Assembly: GCA_965242585.1 (NCBI GenBank)
Contig: OZ251460.1
Location: 1,486,692 to 1,550,691 of the forward strand
Reading direction: 5' to 3'
Origin: Limisphaerales bacterium
Lineage (GTDB): Bacteria > Verrucomicrobiota > Verrucomicrobiia > Limisphaerales > AAA164-E04
Length of the DNA: 64,000 nucleotides
Part shown: positions 1-8,427 of the stretch, piece after piece
How the letters are laid out: each line of letters starts with the position of its first letter
How positions within the stretch are numbered: the stretch's first letter is position 1
Program-made: the position numbers and the translations under genes
The notes under the pieces: model-generated
Seen by the model: only the letters and a program-made list of their open reading frames with translations
Told to the model about the DNA's origin: nothing
Databases searched by the model: none

Positions 1-384
1 CCCCAGCCGAAGCGTCATTCCAAGTTATCGAAACAAAACCGTGGTGCCTCAATACCAAACGCTCCGCCCGTCAACGAGTGGTCGTTCTGCATCTTTGCCG
101 AAGACAACAGCGCGCCCTCCGTCTCGCCAGATGACGACGCCTCGCCGTCAAGTGCCGGCACCGACCTACCGCTCCAAACAATCTCCGACACGAACCTATG
201 CCCCGCCGCAACGAACTTCTCGCCCGCAAGAACTCAAACCTTCCGTTCCTTCAAGAAACCGCGTGGCGCAGCCATCCCGCTCGCGCTCGATTCCATCGAG
301 AAATACTTCGCCAAGTCGCGCCCGCTCCATCCCGCAACGCGCCAAAAGCATTCCTTCGAAATAAGCATTCGGAAGGCTGGAAAA

Positions 385-1398
385 ATGAACGACTCACTAA
401 AAACTATCTTCTGGATTGAGATAGCGGTGCTCCTTGCGATTGTTTCCGTCACTGCCCGCGCCGCCATTCCCAACACGGAAACAAGCGAAATCATCTACTC
501 CACCGGATTCGAAGCCAGTGAAGGATTCAATCGAGATTTAATCACGGGGCATGACGGTTGGCTTGGATCTGTCAACGGTGCAAGTGGATCTATTTTCAAT
601 AAGGGCAACGGTGTGGTGGAAGGTGACTTCTTTGACGAGCCGGGGCGACAACTGGCATTCATCGGTTTCTCCTTGCCCGAGTCTGTCGAAACCGTCGAAT
701 CCTTCAACCTCTTTCACCCGGTCACTGTTACTAATTTTCCCGATAGCGCGCCAATAATCCATTTTGAAGTAACAATGGAGATTGGTGATTCCACAAACAA
801 CGAACGCGACGTCTTCGGCTGGGTTGCCTATAATTCCAACGGTGACGGTTTATTTTCCCTTGACTTCGACAATCAAACCCAGGCGATTTCCTATGTTCTT
901 GATGATGGCAAAGGCGCAATCGACACCGAGTTCTTCTTTGAAGACGATATAGCCTACGATCTCCGAATCAGTATGAACTTTCATCGCAATCTCTGGTGTG
1001 CCTCATTGAACAACACTGTGATCGTCAACAACCAGCCGATCACCACTAAAGATGCCGAACTTACGTTCAGCGGCATTGATGCTGTGTGGGCTATCTCTGC
1101 GCCCGGAAGGCCGGGGGATAATCATATGTTCTTCGACAACTATTCCATTACTCGCGCCGGCCCGCCGCGCATTGCCCCCAGAGTGAACATTCAAGGCATC
1201 CTGTCCGACGGCAAATGCGTTCTTCGAGTTTTTGGCGAACTCGACGCCGAATACCAAATCGAAGCCTCTTCGGATTTGAACGATTGGACGCCGATCAAAA
1301 CCGGCAGAACTTCTGCAGACGAAGGCATTCTCGACTTTGTGGACGACCAAGCGCCCCGTTTTTCCGCCCGTTTTTACCGCGCCGTCACCGTTCAATAG
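385..1398 (+). CDS. Secreted hypothetical protein: signal/anchor, LamG-like jelly-roll body and C-terminal F-Y-R tail
   Basis: 337-aa ORF with purine-rich GGAAGG upstream. N-terminus is MNDSLKTIFWIEIAVLLAIVSVTARA. The body ends with MFFDNYSITRAG, which is typical of concanavalin/LamG-like folds. The last ~70 aa are GKCVLRVFGELDAEYQIEASSDLNDWTP...ARFYRAVTVQ. The frame has no stop back to nt 1, so an upstream start cannot be excluded. Confidence 0.6.
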   Translation: MNDSLKTIFWIEIAVLLAIVSVTARAAIPNTETSEIIYSTGFEASEGFNRDLITGHDGWLGSVNGASGSIFNKGNGVVEGDFFDEPGRQLAFIGFSLPESVETVESFNLFHPVTVTNFPDSAPIIHFEVTMEIGDSTNNERDVFGWVAYNSNGDGLFSLDFDNQTQAISYVLDDGKGAIDTEFFFEDDIAYDLRISMNFHRNLWCASLNNTVIVNNQPITTKDAELTFSGIDAVWAISAPGRPGDNHMFFDNYSITRAGPPRIAPRVNIQGILSDGKCVLRVFGELDAEYQIEASSDLNDWTPIKTGRTSADEGILDFVDDQAPRFSARFYRAVTVQ

Positions 1399-1485
1399 GG
1401 CAAAAGCGAATTCCTTCTTCGACAAGGCAAAGTTTTTTTGCAAAAAATGCTTGCCAAACGGCGCCGGAATCGTTATTTCAACAAC

Positions 1486-1562
<77 letters not shown>

Positions 1563-1645
1563 ATTTTTCCTCTTTTGCTCGCTCAAAAGAAAAGAACGCC
1601 AAACTTCTCTTCCATCTTTCTCGGCTTCGTTTATTGCGCTTTTCC

Positions 1646-2432
1646 TCAATCACCGTTTTGGTTTTGGAAAACTGAGGCTTGTTGTCGTTTCTTTTGCATT
1701 CGGCGGCGATGGAAGAACACAAAGCCGAGGGCAAACAGGCCGAAGATGAGGGCGTATTCTTCCGGTTCGGGGATGACTTGGCTGTTGACGACAACTCGCA
1801 CCGCGCCATTGGATTGCGCCGCAAAACCAGCATTCCCCACAGCCCCACGATTATTGAAGGTTCCCGCAAAGAAGTCGCCGATGGGTTTGTTGATAATGCC
1901 GGAGCCCACCCAAGCCGAAGAATTCCCGCTGGAATAGCTCAAACTGCTCCCGGAGACCCGAATCCCTATGACATCTCTAAAAAGAGTACCTCCGTCATCC
2001 AGGAAAAGATTGGCAATGGTTCGGTTAGTGCTGGCAATAGTGATGGTCGGCGTGTTAGTGGCGTTGGCGGCAAAGGTGATATTGGTTCGGCCGCCGCCCG
2101 GAATTCGGGCTCTCACCGAAGCGATGTCTCTGGTGTTGGAACTGGAAAACAAGGGAGACAGAGAGATCGTCTGGTCGTTGGGCTTATTGGCATCGTAAAA
2201 GTCGTTGTTAGAAGACGTAAAAGCCCAAGAGTCTCGAGAGGAGTAGTTTCCGGAGGTTCGGATGTTCCAGTTGTCTTGCGCGGTGGAAGAGCCGCTAAAA
2301 ATCCAAAGGGTTTGGTTGGTGGGATTGTCTTGGCTGGGATAGACGTCGATGATCAACTGCGCTTGGGCTTCGTACCCCCCCCCCCCCGCAAAGGCAGACG
2401 ACGGCCGCTAAGAAAGAGAATTTCCGCTTCAT
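1646..2432 (-). CDS. PEP-CTERM sorting-domain protein, interrupted by a +1 frameshift at a poly-G(13) tract (putative phase-variable gene)
   Basis: The 236-aa ORF (1646-2356) ends in VIPEPEEYALIFGLFALGFVFFHRRRMQKKR, i.e. PEP motif, TM helix and Arg cluster. A signal peptide MKRKFSFLAAVVCLCGGGG starts at ATG 2432 in another frame. The two frames meet at 13 G (plus-strand C, 2375-2387). Confidence 0.75.
2375..2387 (-). repeat. Homopolymeric tract: 13 G on the coding (minus) strand
   Basis: Counted directly: C at 2375-2387 on the plus strand, between the signal-peptide frame and the mature-protein frame of the PEP-CTERM gene. Confidence 0.95.
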
Positions 2433-2618
2433 ATTGATATGCTGGTTCATAACTGTTCCAGTCAAAAATTTCTTTGTTTCTAATCGCTCCGCCGCAACGA
2501 GTCAAGCCCTAAATCACAAAAAAAAAGAGAAAGTTGAGGAAGCGAAGGATGGCCAAGCGGATTCGATGGACCCCAAGCAAAAATTGGCGAACAAAAATTC
2601 CCTCAAATCGACAAGCGG

Positions 2619-5600
2619 CTATTCCAATAACAAGAGACGGACGAAGGTCTGTTCTCCGTCGTTGGGGAGTGTAACCGTGAGATTGATGGAACCATCGCCG
2701 TTGTCTTCGCTGGAAATTTGGAAATCGGCGCCTTCGTTCCATGCCGTCCACCGGCTGGAAATCACGCTTGGACTTGTTTGCAAAGCGAACTTGCGTCCGC
2801 TGGCCAAGAGAAAAGTGAAGGAAACAGATTCGGCGGAAGCAGAAGCGGACAAAAGTCGGCCTTCGAGAATTTCAAATCGGACGATTCTAGGAGAGACCAG
2901 CGGTTCCGGTATGTTGACAAAGCCGTCCAGAACTTCGACAATGTAATCCGCCAGTATTTGCGGCTCGGTGGTCTCGGTAAGCAACACTGCGCGGTTGGGA
3001 TCGTCGTTGACGGCGGCTAAGGATGCATAGCCGTCGCCGCCGGCTATAAGGAATTCGTTGACTACAAGACCGAAGGTTCGTTGCAGATCGCCTTGGGCTT
3101 CAAAGTTGGCCACCACCAGGTCTTTTGTGCCGTCGGCTTGGAAGATCGTCAGGTTCTTGACGCGGGACGGAGTTGTCAAGCTGGAGGCAGATTCCACGCC
3201 CGGCCGGCTTGGATCATATTCCAGAAAAATGCCGGCTGCTTGGAGAAAGCGCCCATCCACTGCCGGATAACGGCTGACCGCGTTCTCAAAGGTTGCGATC
3301 GCCTCCGCCGCAGTCAATTCGGCAATGGCGAGTCGGTTGTTGAACGCCAAAGCGGTGTTGATGGACAAGCGAGTGATCGCCGGACCTTGAATACTCCGGC
3401 GAATGCCGCCGCTGTTATTCAGCGCAATGTCCACCGAGAGTTCCGAACCTCGGCTTTCCAAGTAGCGACGGGCAAACCATAAAATGGAATCGGTGGCCAA
3501 CTGCCCCAGATTCGTTTCCCGAGTCCGCACTTCGGCGGTTGTAGCAACCAGTTCCGTCGTTGTTTCTCCAACTCGTTGGAACTGCTCGATGATGGAATCC
3601 GTATTCCGAAGCGCGGTAAAGATTTCCCGCACTTCGGCGGTTGCGGCAACTTCCGGCGTTTCTATTCGTCCGGTCAATTTCGTTTGCAACGCAGCCATTG
3701 CTTCGGGTGTGGAAGCAACCGGACCGCTACGATCATCGACGGCGCGAACGCGGCCAGCCTCATCGAAGCTAACTATCAAATTGCCGACATAACGATAGTT
3801 GGGGCCGCTGTTGACCACAACAACCGGATTCCCTTCGCCATCCGTGCGCATAATGGGATAATCCGCCGAGGCTGCGTCTCCCGGTCGCAAGAGATTGAAC
3901 GGGCCGTTGGCTCCGGATCGGGCAAGAAATCCACTGGCGGCGGCGTTCACGATAATGTCGATGCCTCGCAGGTTTTCCGTTGACATTGGATCCGAAGCAA
4001 AGTCTTGAGCGTGATCCAACAGAATGATCTTGTTGATGCCTTGAGATTCCAAAAGGGCAACTTGGGCCAACACCAGGTCCATAGTGTCTTCCAACGGCAG
4101 ATTTGTGTCCGGATCGCGTCCGCCAACGAAGTCCAATCCCGGCAAGGCGGAATCCTCAAGCCAGTTGAAGAAGTCTAAGGGAGCGCGGCCAATCAAACCG
4201 ATTTTCTCGCCGCCAGCTTCTACCCAAGCGCTTTTCGCCACTTTGCCGGCGTTTTCGGCAACGCCGGCCCCATCGCGGCCGATTGCAATGGCCGGCACGC
4301 CTTCCGCCACTTCGACTTGGCTAAAGTCAAGATTGACGGCGAGAAAGGGATAATTCGCAGCATGCAACAGGTGAGCAAAGTTGTTGATGCCGCCGTCAAA
4401 TCCGTGATTGCTGGTGCCGTTGGCCGTCAGTCCCATGGCGTTGTAAAAAGCAATGTCGGCCAAGCCTTGGGCGCCGAAGCCGGCGTGAACTGATGCCTCA
4501 TAAAACGGTCCGGGCAAGATATGATTCCCCGCCGTCAGGTAGATGGATGGAATGCCCTCCTTGGCCGCCAAACCTTGCAAACCGTTGAGGACGGCGCCGT
4601 AGTTGAGGATGGTAGTCTCCAGCGTATTCGGATTTTGGAAGGCCGATTCATTGTCTGAAGAATGTAACACCTGAAGTTTGTATTCGGCCGGAGCCACCAC
4701 TCGCACCGTGTGAACGGTGATCGTGCCGCTGCCTTCGTGAGCCACTGCCAACAAGGGTTTCCCAGAAGGACTTTGATCGGCCGGAATAAAGGTTATTGCA
4801 TCGGGACTAACATCGCCCGCTTGAGAAATGTCTTCGGCGGAGAAGTCCGTAGTATTTAAATACTGAACAAAGAAGGCGGAGTGGGGAGAAGTAATGTCGT
4901 ACATCATAATGCCGCCGACTCTTTCCAAACCTATAAAGGCGTAAACGCGGTCATCAATTTTGCCGATTGCCAACGCTTCCGGTTCCGGTCCCTTGTTGTC
5001 GCTACGCTGGTCAAACGAACCATCCCAATCATTTGCATTGAAGTTTTCGCCGAGAACTTCGGCGGTGATTCGCTCAAAGTCATCCCCAGAATCAAACACG
5101 ATCTTGCCGAATTCATCCCAGATGCTAAATGAACGGGCGCCGTAGGAGAAAATTTGATCGATGTCTCCATCGCCGTCAAAGTCCCCAGTGACAGGAGAGG
5201 CTTGGAGTCTTCCTAAATTTTCGTCCGCCTGCAAAGTTTCCGCATTGGGATAAGAGGCGGGATCCAAAGTTAAATGTTTGACTCTACTTGGACCAATGTC
5301 ACCGTCGCGATGGGCGCCTTCGTTGGCGCCTACAATATAATTCCGGCCAAGGGTTTCATAAGCCGCTGTTGCATCTGGTTGATACATTCCCATAACCGGC
5401 CATGTTTTGATATTGACTGCGCCGTCTCGGTCGCTGGCATCAAAACCTTGTCCTTCAATACTATGATCTTTAAATCCAAGTGAAAATAGTTCCTTCAGTT
5501 CCATAGTCGCCAAGTCAAGAATGGCGGCGGCGTTGTTTTCCTGCATAGTAACATAGGCCAATCGGTTATCGGGAGTGACGGCGATGTATTCCGGTTCTAA

Positions 5601-8177
5601 GTCTTCCGCCACGGTGGAAGGGCGTAAAAACTCGCCTTCCGAGTTGTGGACTTGCCCGAAGATCCGAATTCCCTTTTCTTGTAAAGTATCTTTTGAAGAG
5701 TTGAACGATGTAAAGTCAATGGTAGTAACTTGGGACTGCGTCAACTGAGCCACATCGTCCAGTGAACCGGAGCTTAGATCCACTATGGAGATGGAGCCAA
5801 GTGGATCGATAGTATACTCTTCTAAAGGTTCTCCTTCGTTAGCCGTCAAGAGTTTGGTGCCGTCCGGACTGAAGGTTATCATATTCGGCTGCACACCCAC
5901 TTGGACGCGGCTTAATTCCGTTCCGCTCTGCGCGTCTAGAAAAACTACAAATCCATTCTGGTCCCGAAATTTACTAAAAAAACCAACGGCAACTATGCCG
6001 TTGGCGGCAACTATGCCGTTGGCGGCAACTATGCCGTTGGCGGCAACTCCTAAATCGGAAATTAAAAATTCTAGAGACGGTGTCTCTGGGTTGCTGAGAT
6101 CTAAGACGAGAATCCCATCGATGGAAAGGGCGGTCACGAAGAGCCGTTTGGTGGACGGATCATAAGCGATGCCTTCATCAACGCCGCCGTCGGGCGAGTC
6201 CTTTCTGAATCTAGCGAACTTTCCTAGTTCGTTGAAGATGCGGACGCGTGGATTGGTCAAGTCATCGGACAAATGGACTTCTCCGTCCAGCGCATTTTGA
6301 ATGTATTCAGTGAGAACTTGCCGCTCTCCAATTTTGGGTTGTAGATTTATGCGCTCCGGATTTGATTTGGCGGCGCTAAAAGCGCGATAGCCGTCGCCTC
6401 CGGTGGCCAGAAATTCATTGGCGGCTAACACGAAGGTTTGGGAGAGATTTCCGACAACTTGGAAGTTTTCGATCAAGGGGACGAGCGTTCCATTCTCACG
6501 GCGGACGGTCAAATAGATGACGCGCGACGGAATATCCAAAGTCAAGGCGTCGGGAATTCCCGGACGGCGAGAATCAAACTCGAAATCCAAACCGGCGATT
6601 TGCGGAAAGGAGCCAGAGCGATGGGGAAAATGGGAAACGGCGTTTTCCACCGCTGCGAGCAATTCGTTTCCGCTCAATTCGATGATTTCCAAAGTGTTGT
6701 CAAAGGCTAAGGCCGACTCAATCGAGAACTTGGTGATGTTCGGGCCGGATATTGAATTGCGAATGCCGCCGCTGTTTTTTAGCGCAAGGTCCACGCTGAC
6801 TTCCCTTCCCTCTTGACGAACATATTGGCGAGCCCACCAAAGATACGAATCGGCGACTAAACGGCCTAAGTTGGTTTCCCGGCTTCGGACATGGTCTTCT
6901 GCGCCGTTTAGCGGCGAGGAAGTGGTGCCGACGATGGCGAACAAATCCTGGATTAACGGCGTTTTTGTGAGCGTCTCAAAAGTGGATCGCACTTCTTCCG
7001 GCGCTTGCAAGGTTGGCACCAGCAATTCCGCGCTCAAAGCCGCAACTGCTTCGGTGGTGCTGGCAACCGGCCCGCTGCGATCATCTATTTGAGCAATCAA
7101 GCCTTGGTCGTCAAAAGTCACTATCAAGTTGCCGACGTAGCGATAGTTTTGGCCGCTGTTGACAATGCAAACCGGATTCCCATCGGCATCGGCGCCCAAG
7201 ATTGGATAGTCGACCACGGGTTTGTCGTCGGGACGCAAAAGATTGAACGGGCCGTCGGGCTCGGCTTTCGCCATGAAGTCTGTGTTGCCGGCAAAGACGA
7301 TAATGTCGACGTCGCGCAATTCGCTGGCCGGAACGGGATCGCCGCTAAAGTCCAACGGATGGTCCAAAAGAATGATTTTGTTGATTCCCTGCGCTTTCAA
7401 AAGATCGACTTGCTCTAGAATTTGAGGAATCGCCGGCGCCAACGGCCGGTTGGTTTCCGGATGGCGTCCGCCAACAAAGTCCAGTCCGGGCAAGTTTGCT
7501 TCCGGGTCCAGCGTGATGTCAAAAAGGTCGCTCGGAGCGCGGCCAATCAAGCCGATGCGTTCTCCGTTCAGTTCCACCCAAGCGCTTTTGGCCACCTTGC
7601 CTTGGTTCGCTTCGACGCTGGCGGCGTCTTCTCCAATCTCAATGGCGGGAACGCCTTCGGAGAGACGGACTTTGGAGAAGTCCAAGTTTACCGCTAAAAA
7701 CGGATATTTGGCGAAGCGCAATCGGCGCGCAAAACCTTCAATCCAACCGTCAATGCTACCGTTAAACTCATGGTCGCCAATGCTGGTGGCCGTCAGTCCC
7801 GTGGCGTTGAAAAAGTGGATGTCGGCCAATCCCTGCAGGCCTAAGGAATCCACTTGGGCGGAGGCTTGATAAAAAGGCCCGGGCAAGGTTTGATCCCCGG
7901 CGGCCACATACAGAGAGGGAATGTTCTCCCGCTCCGCCAGCAGTTTCAAACCGTGAAGCACGGCGCCGTAGTGGAGAAGCTTCGGCTCCAAAGTGTTCGG
8001 ATCCTGAAAAGCAGATTCGTGATTCGAAGCATGCAAAACTTGCAGCGGAAAACCTTCGACAGGAGGAGTTTCCTGCGCAACGGCCGACCGCAAAAAGAGC
8101 GCCCCAACCGCGCCCGCAAGGAAGGTTAAAGTTTGTTTTTTATAGACTTCTCGCATAGATAGTAAGTTTCCATTCAT
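2619..8177 (-). CDS. Giant secreted phosphoesterase: two UshA-like metallophosphoesterase/5'-nucleotidase modules flanking a central beta-propeller, plus C-terminal F-V-R tail
   Basis: 1852 aa with signal peptide MREVYKKQTLTFLAGAVGALFLRSAVAQ. Module 1 has LQVLHASNHESAF...AAGDQTLPGPFY...IGDHEFN...LDHP...RSRETNLGRLVAD...LKNSGGIRNS...GGDGY. Module 2 repeats the same order: LQVLHSSDNESAF...TAGNHILPGPFY...SNHGFD...RTRETNLGQLATD...LNNSGGIRRS...GGDGY. The middle ~550 aa (GFDASDRDGAVNIKTWPVMGMYQPDA...GANEGAHRDGD...DFDGDGDIDQ) resembles phytase-like/choice-of-anchor-I propellers. Confidence 0.8.
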   Translation of the reverse strand: MNGNLLSMREVYKKQTLTFLAGAVGALFLRSAVAQETPPVEGFPLQVLHASNHESAFQDPNTLEPKLLHYGAVLHGLKLLAERENIPSLYVAAGDQTLPGPFYQASAQVDSLGLQGLADIHFFNATGLTATSIGDHEFNGSIDGWIEGFARRLRFAKYPFLAVNLDFSKVRLSEGVPAIEIGEDAASVEANQGKVAKSAWVELNGERIGLIGRAPSDLFDITLDPEANLPGLDFVGGRHPETNRPLAPAIPQILEQVDLLKAQGINKIILLDHPLDFSGDPVPASELRDVDIIVFAGNTDFMAKAEPDGPFNLLRPDDKPVVDYPILGADADGNPVCIVNSGQNYRYVGNLIVTFDDQGLIAQIDDRSGPVASTTEAVAALSAELLVPTLQAPEEVRSTFETLTKTPLIQDLFAIVGTTSSPLNGAEDHVRSRETNLGRLVADSYLWWARQYVRQEGREVSVDLALKNSGGIRNSISGPNITKFSIESALAFDNTLEIIELSGNELLAAVENAVSHFPHRSGSFPQIAGLDFEFDSRRPGIPDALTLDIPSRVIYLTVRRENGTLVPLIENFQVVGNLSQTFVLAANEFLATGGDGYRAFSAAKSNPERINLQPKIGERQVLTEYIQNALDGEVHLSDDLTNPRVRIFNELGKFARFRKDSPDGGVDEGIAYDPSTKRLFVTALSIDGILVLDLSNPETPSLEFLISDLGVAANGIVAANGIVAANGIVAVGFFSKFRDQNGFVVFLDAQSGTELSRVQVGVQPNMITFSPDGTKLLTANEGEPLEEYTIDPLGSISIVDLSSGSLDDVAQLTQSQVTTIDFTSFNSSKDTLQEKGIRIFGQVHNSEGEFLRPSTVAEDLEPEYIAVTPDNRLAYVTMQENNAAAILDLATMELKELFSLGFKDHSIEGQGFDASDRDGAVNIKTWPVMGMYQPDATAAYETLGRNYIVGANEGAHRDGDIGPSRVKHLTLDPASYPNAETLQADENLGRLQASPVTGDFDGDGDIDQIFSYGARSFSIWDEFGKIVFDSGDDFERITAEVLGENFNANDWDGSFDQRSDNKGPEPEALAIGKIDDRVYAFIGLERVGGIMMYDITSPHSAFFVQYLNTTDFSAEDISQAGDVSPDAITFIPADQSPSGKPLLAVAHEGSGTITVHTVRVVAPAEYKLQVLHSSDNESAFQNPNTLETTILNYGAVLNGLQGLAAKEGIPSIYLTAGNHILPGPFYEASVHAGFGAQGLADIAFYNAMGLTANGTSNHGFDGGINNFAHLLHAANYPFLAVNLDFSQVEVAEGVPAIAIGRDGAGVAENAGKVAKSAWVEAGGEKIGLIGRAPLDFFNWLEDSALPGLDFVGGRDPDTNLPLEDTMDLVLAQVALLESQGINKIILLDHAQDFASDPMSTENLRGIDIIVNAAASGFLARSGANGPFNLLRPGDAASADYPIMRTDGEGNPVVVVNSGPNYRYVGNLIVSFDEAGRVRAVDDRSGPVASTPEAMAALQTKLTGRIETPEVAATAEVREIFTALRNTDSIIEQFQRVGETTTELVATTAEVRTRETNLGQLATDSILWFARRYLESRGSELSVDIALNNSGGIRRSIQGPAITRLSINTALAFNNRLAIAELTAAEAIATFENAVSRYPAVDGRFLQAAGIFLEYDPSRPGVESASSLTTPSRVKNLTIFQADGTKDLVVANFEAQGDLQRTFGLVVNEFLIAGGDGYASLAAVNDDPNRAVLLTETTEPQILADYIVEVLDGFVNIPEPLVSPRIVRFEILEGRLLSASASAESVSFTFLLASGRKFALQTSPSVISSRWTAWNEGADFQISSEDNGDGSINLTVTLPNDGEQTFVRLLLLE
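5991..6044 (-). repeat. Perfect 18-bp x3 in-frame tandem repeat inside the phosphoesterase gene
   Basis: AACTATGCCGTTGGCGGC occurs three times without a mismatch (5991-6008, 6009-6026, 6027-6044), with partial copies on both sides. It encodes (AANGIV)3 on the minus strand. Confidence 0.95.
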
Positions 8178-8427
8178 GAATTATTCAGCGTTTCAACGCG
8201 CCAAACTGCTTTTCCGCATTATGATTGAAGGAAAGCAGACCGCAAGCGTTTTGATCCGCCAAAAGAAAGAATTCACGCTGCTGTAAACTATCGATTGCAA
8301 CGCGGAAACCAGCGACACCAAAATCCTTCTCCGCAGTCCATAGGTAACAACGAATGGACCAATTCCCCGACACAAAATGCCAAGCTTGCCCAAAGCCTTT
8401 TCCTTTGCCGACGCCGTTTCTCCAATC

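Noticed and set aside
41-364. 107-aa and 73-aa plus-strand ORFs at the left edge
   Set aside because: Their translations are proline/arginine/serine-rich low complexity. All three frames are open here because of strand composition, so these are not called as genes.
1426-1455. Imperfect palindrome GGCAAAGTTTTTTTGCAAAAAATGCTTGCC after the first gene, considered as a terminator
   Set aside because: The stem is mostly A:T with central mismatches and a 2-nt loop. It is not convincing as a rho-independent terminator and could be coincidental.
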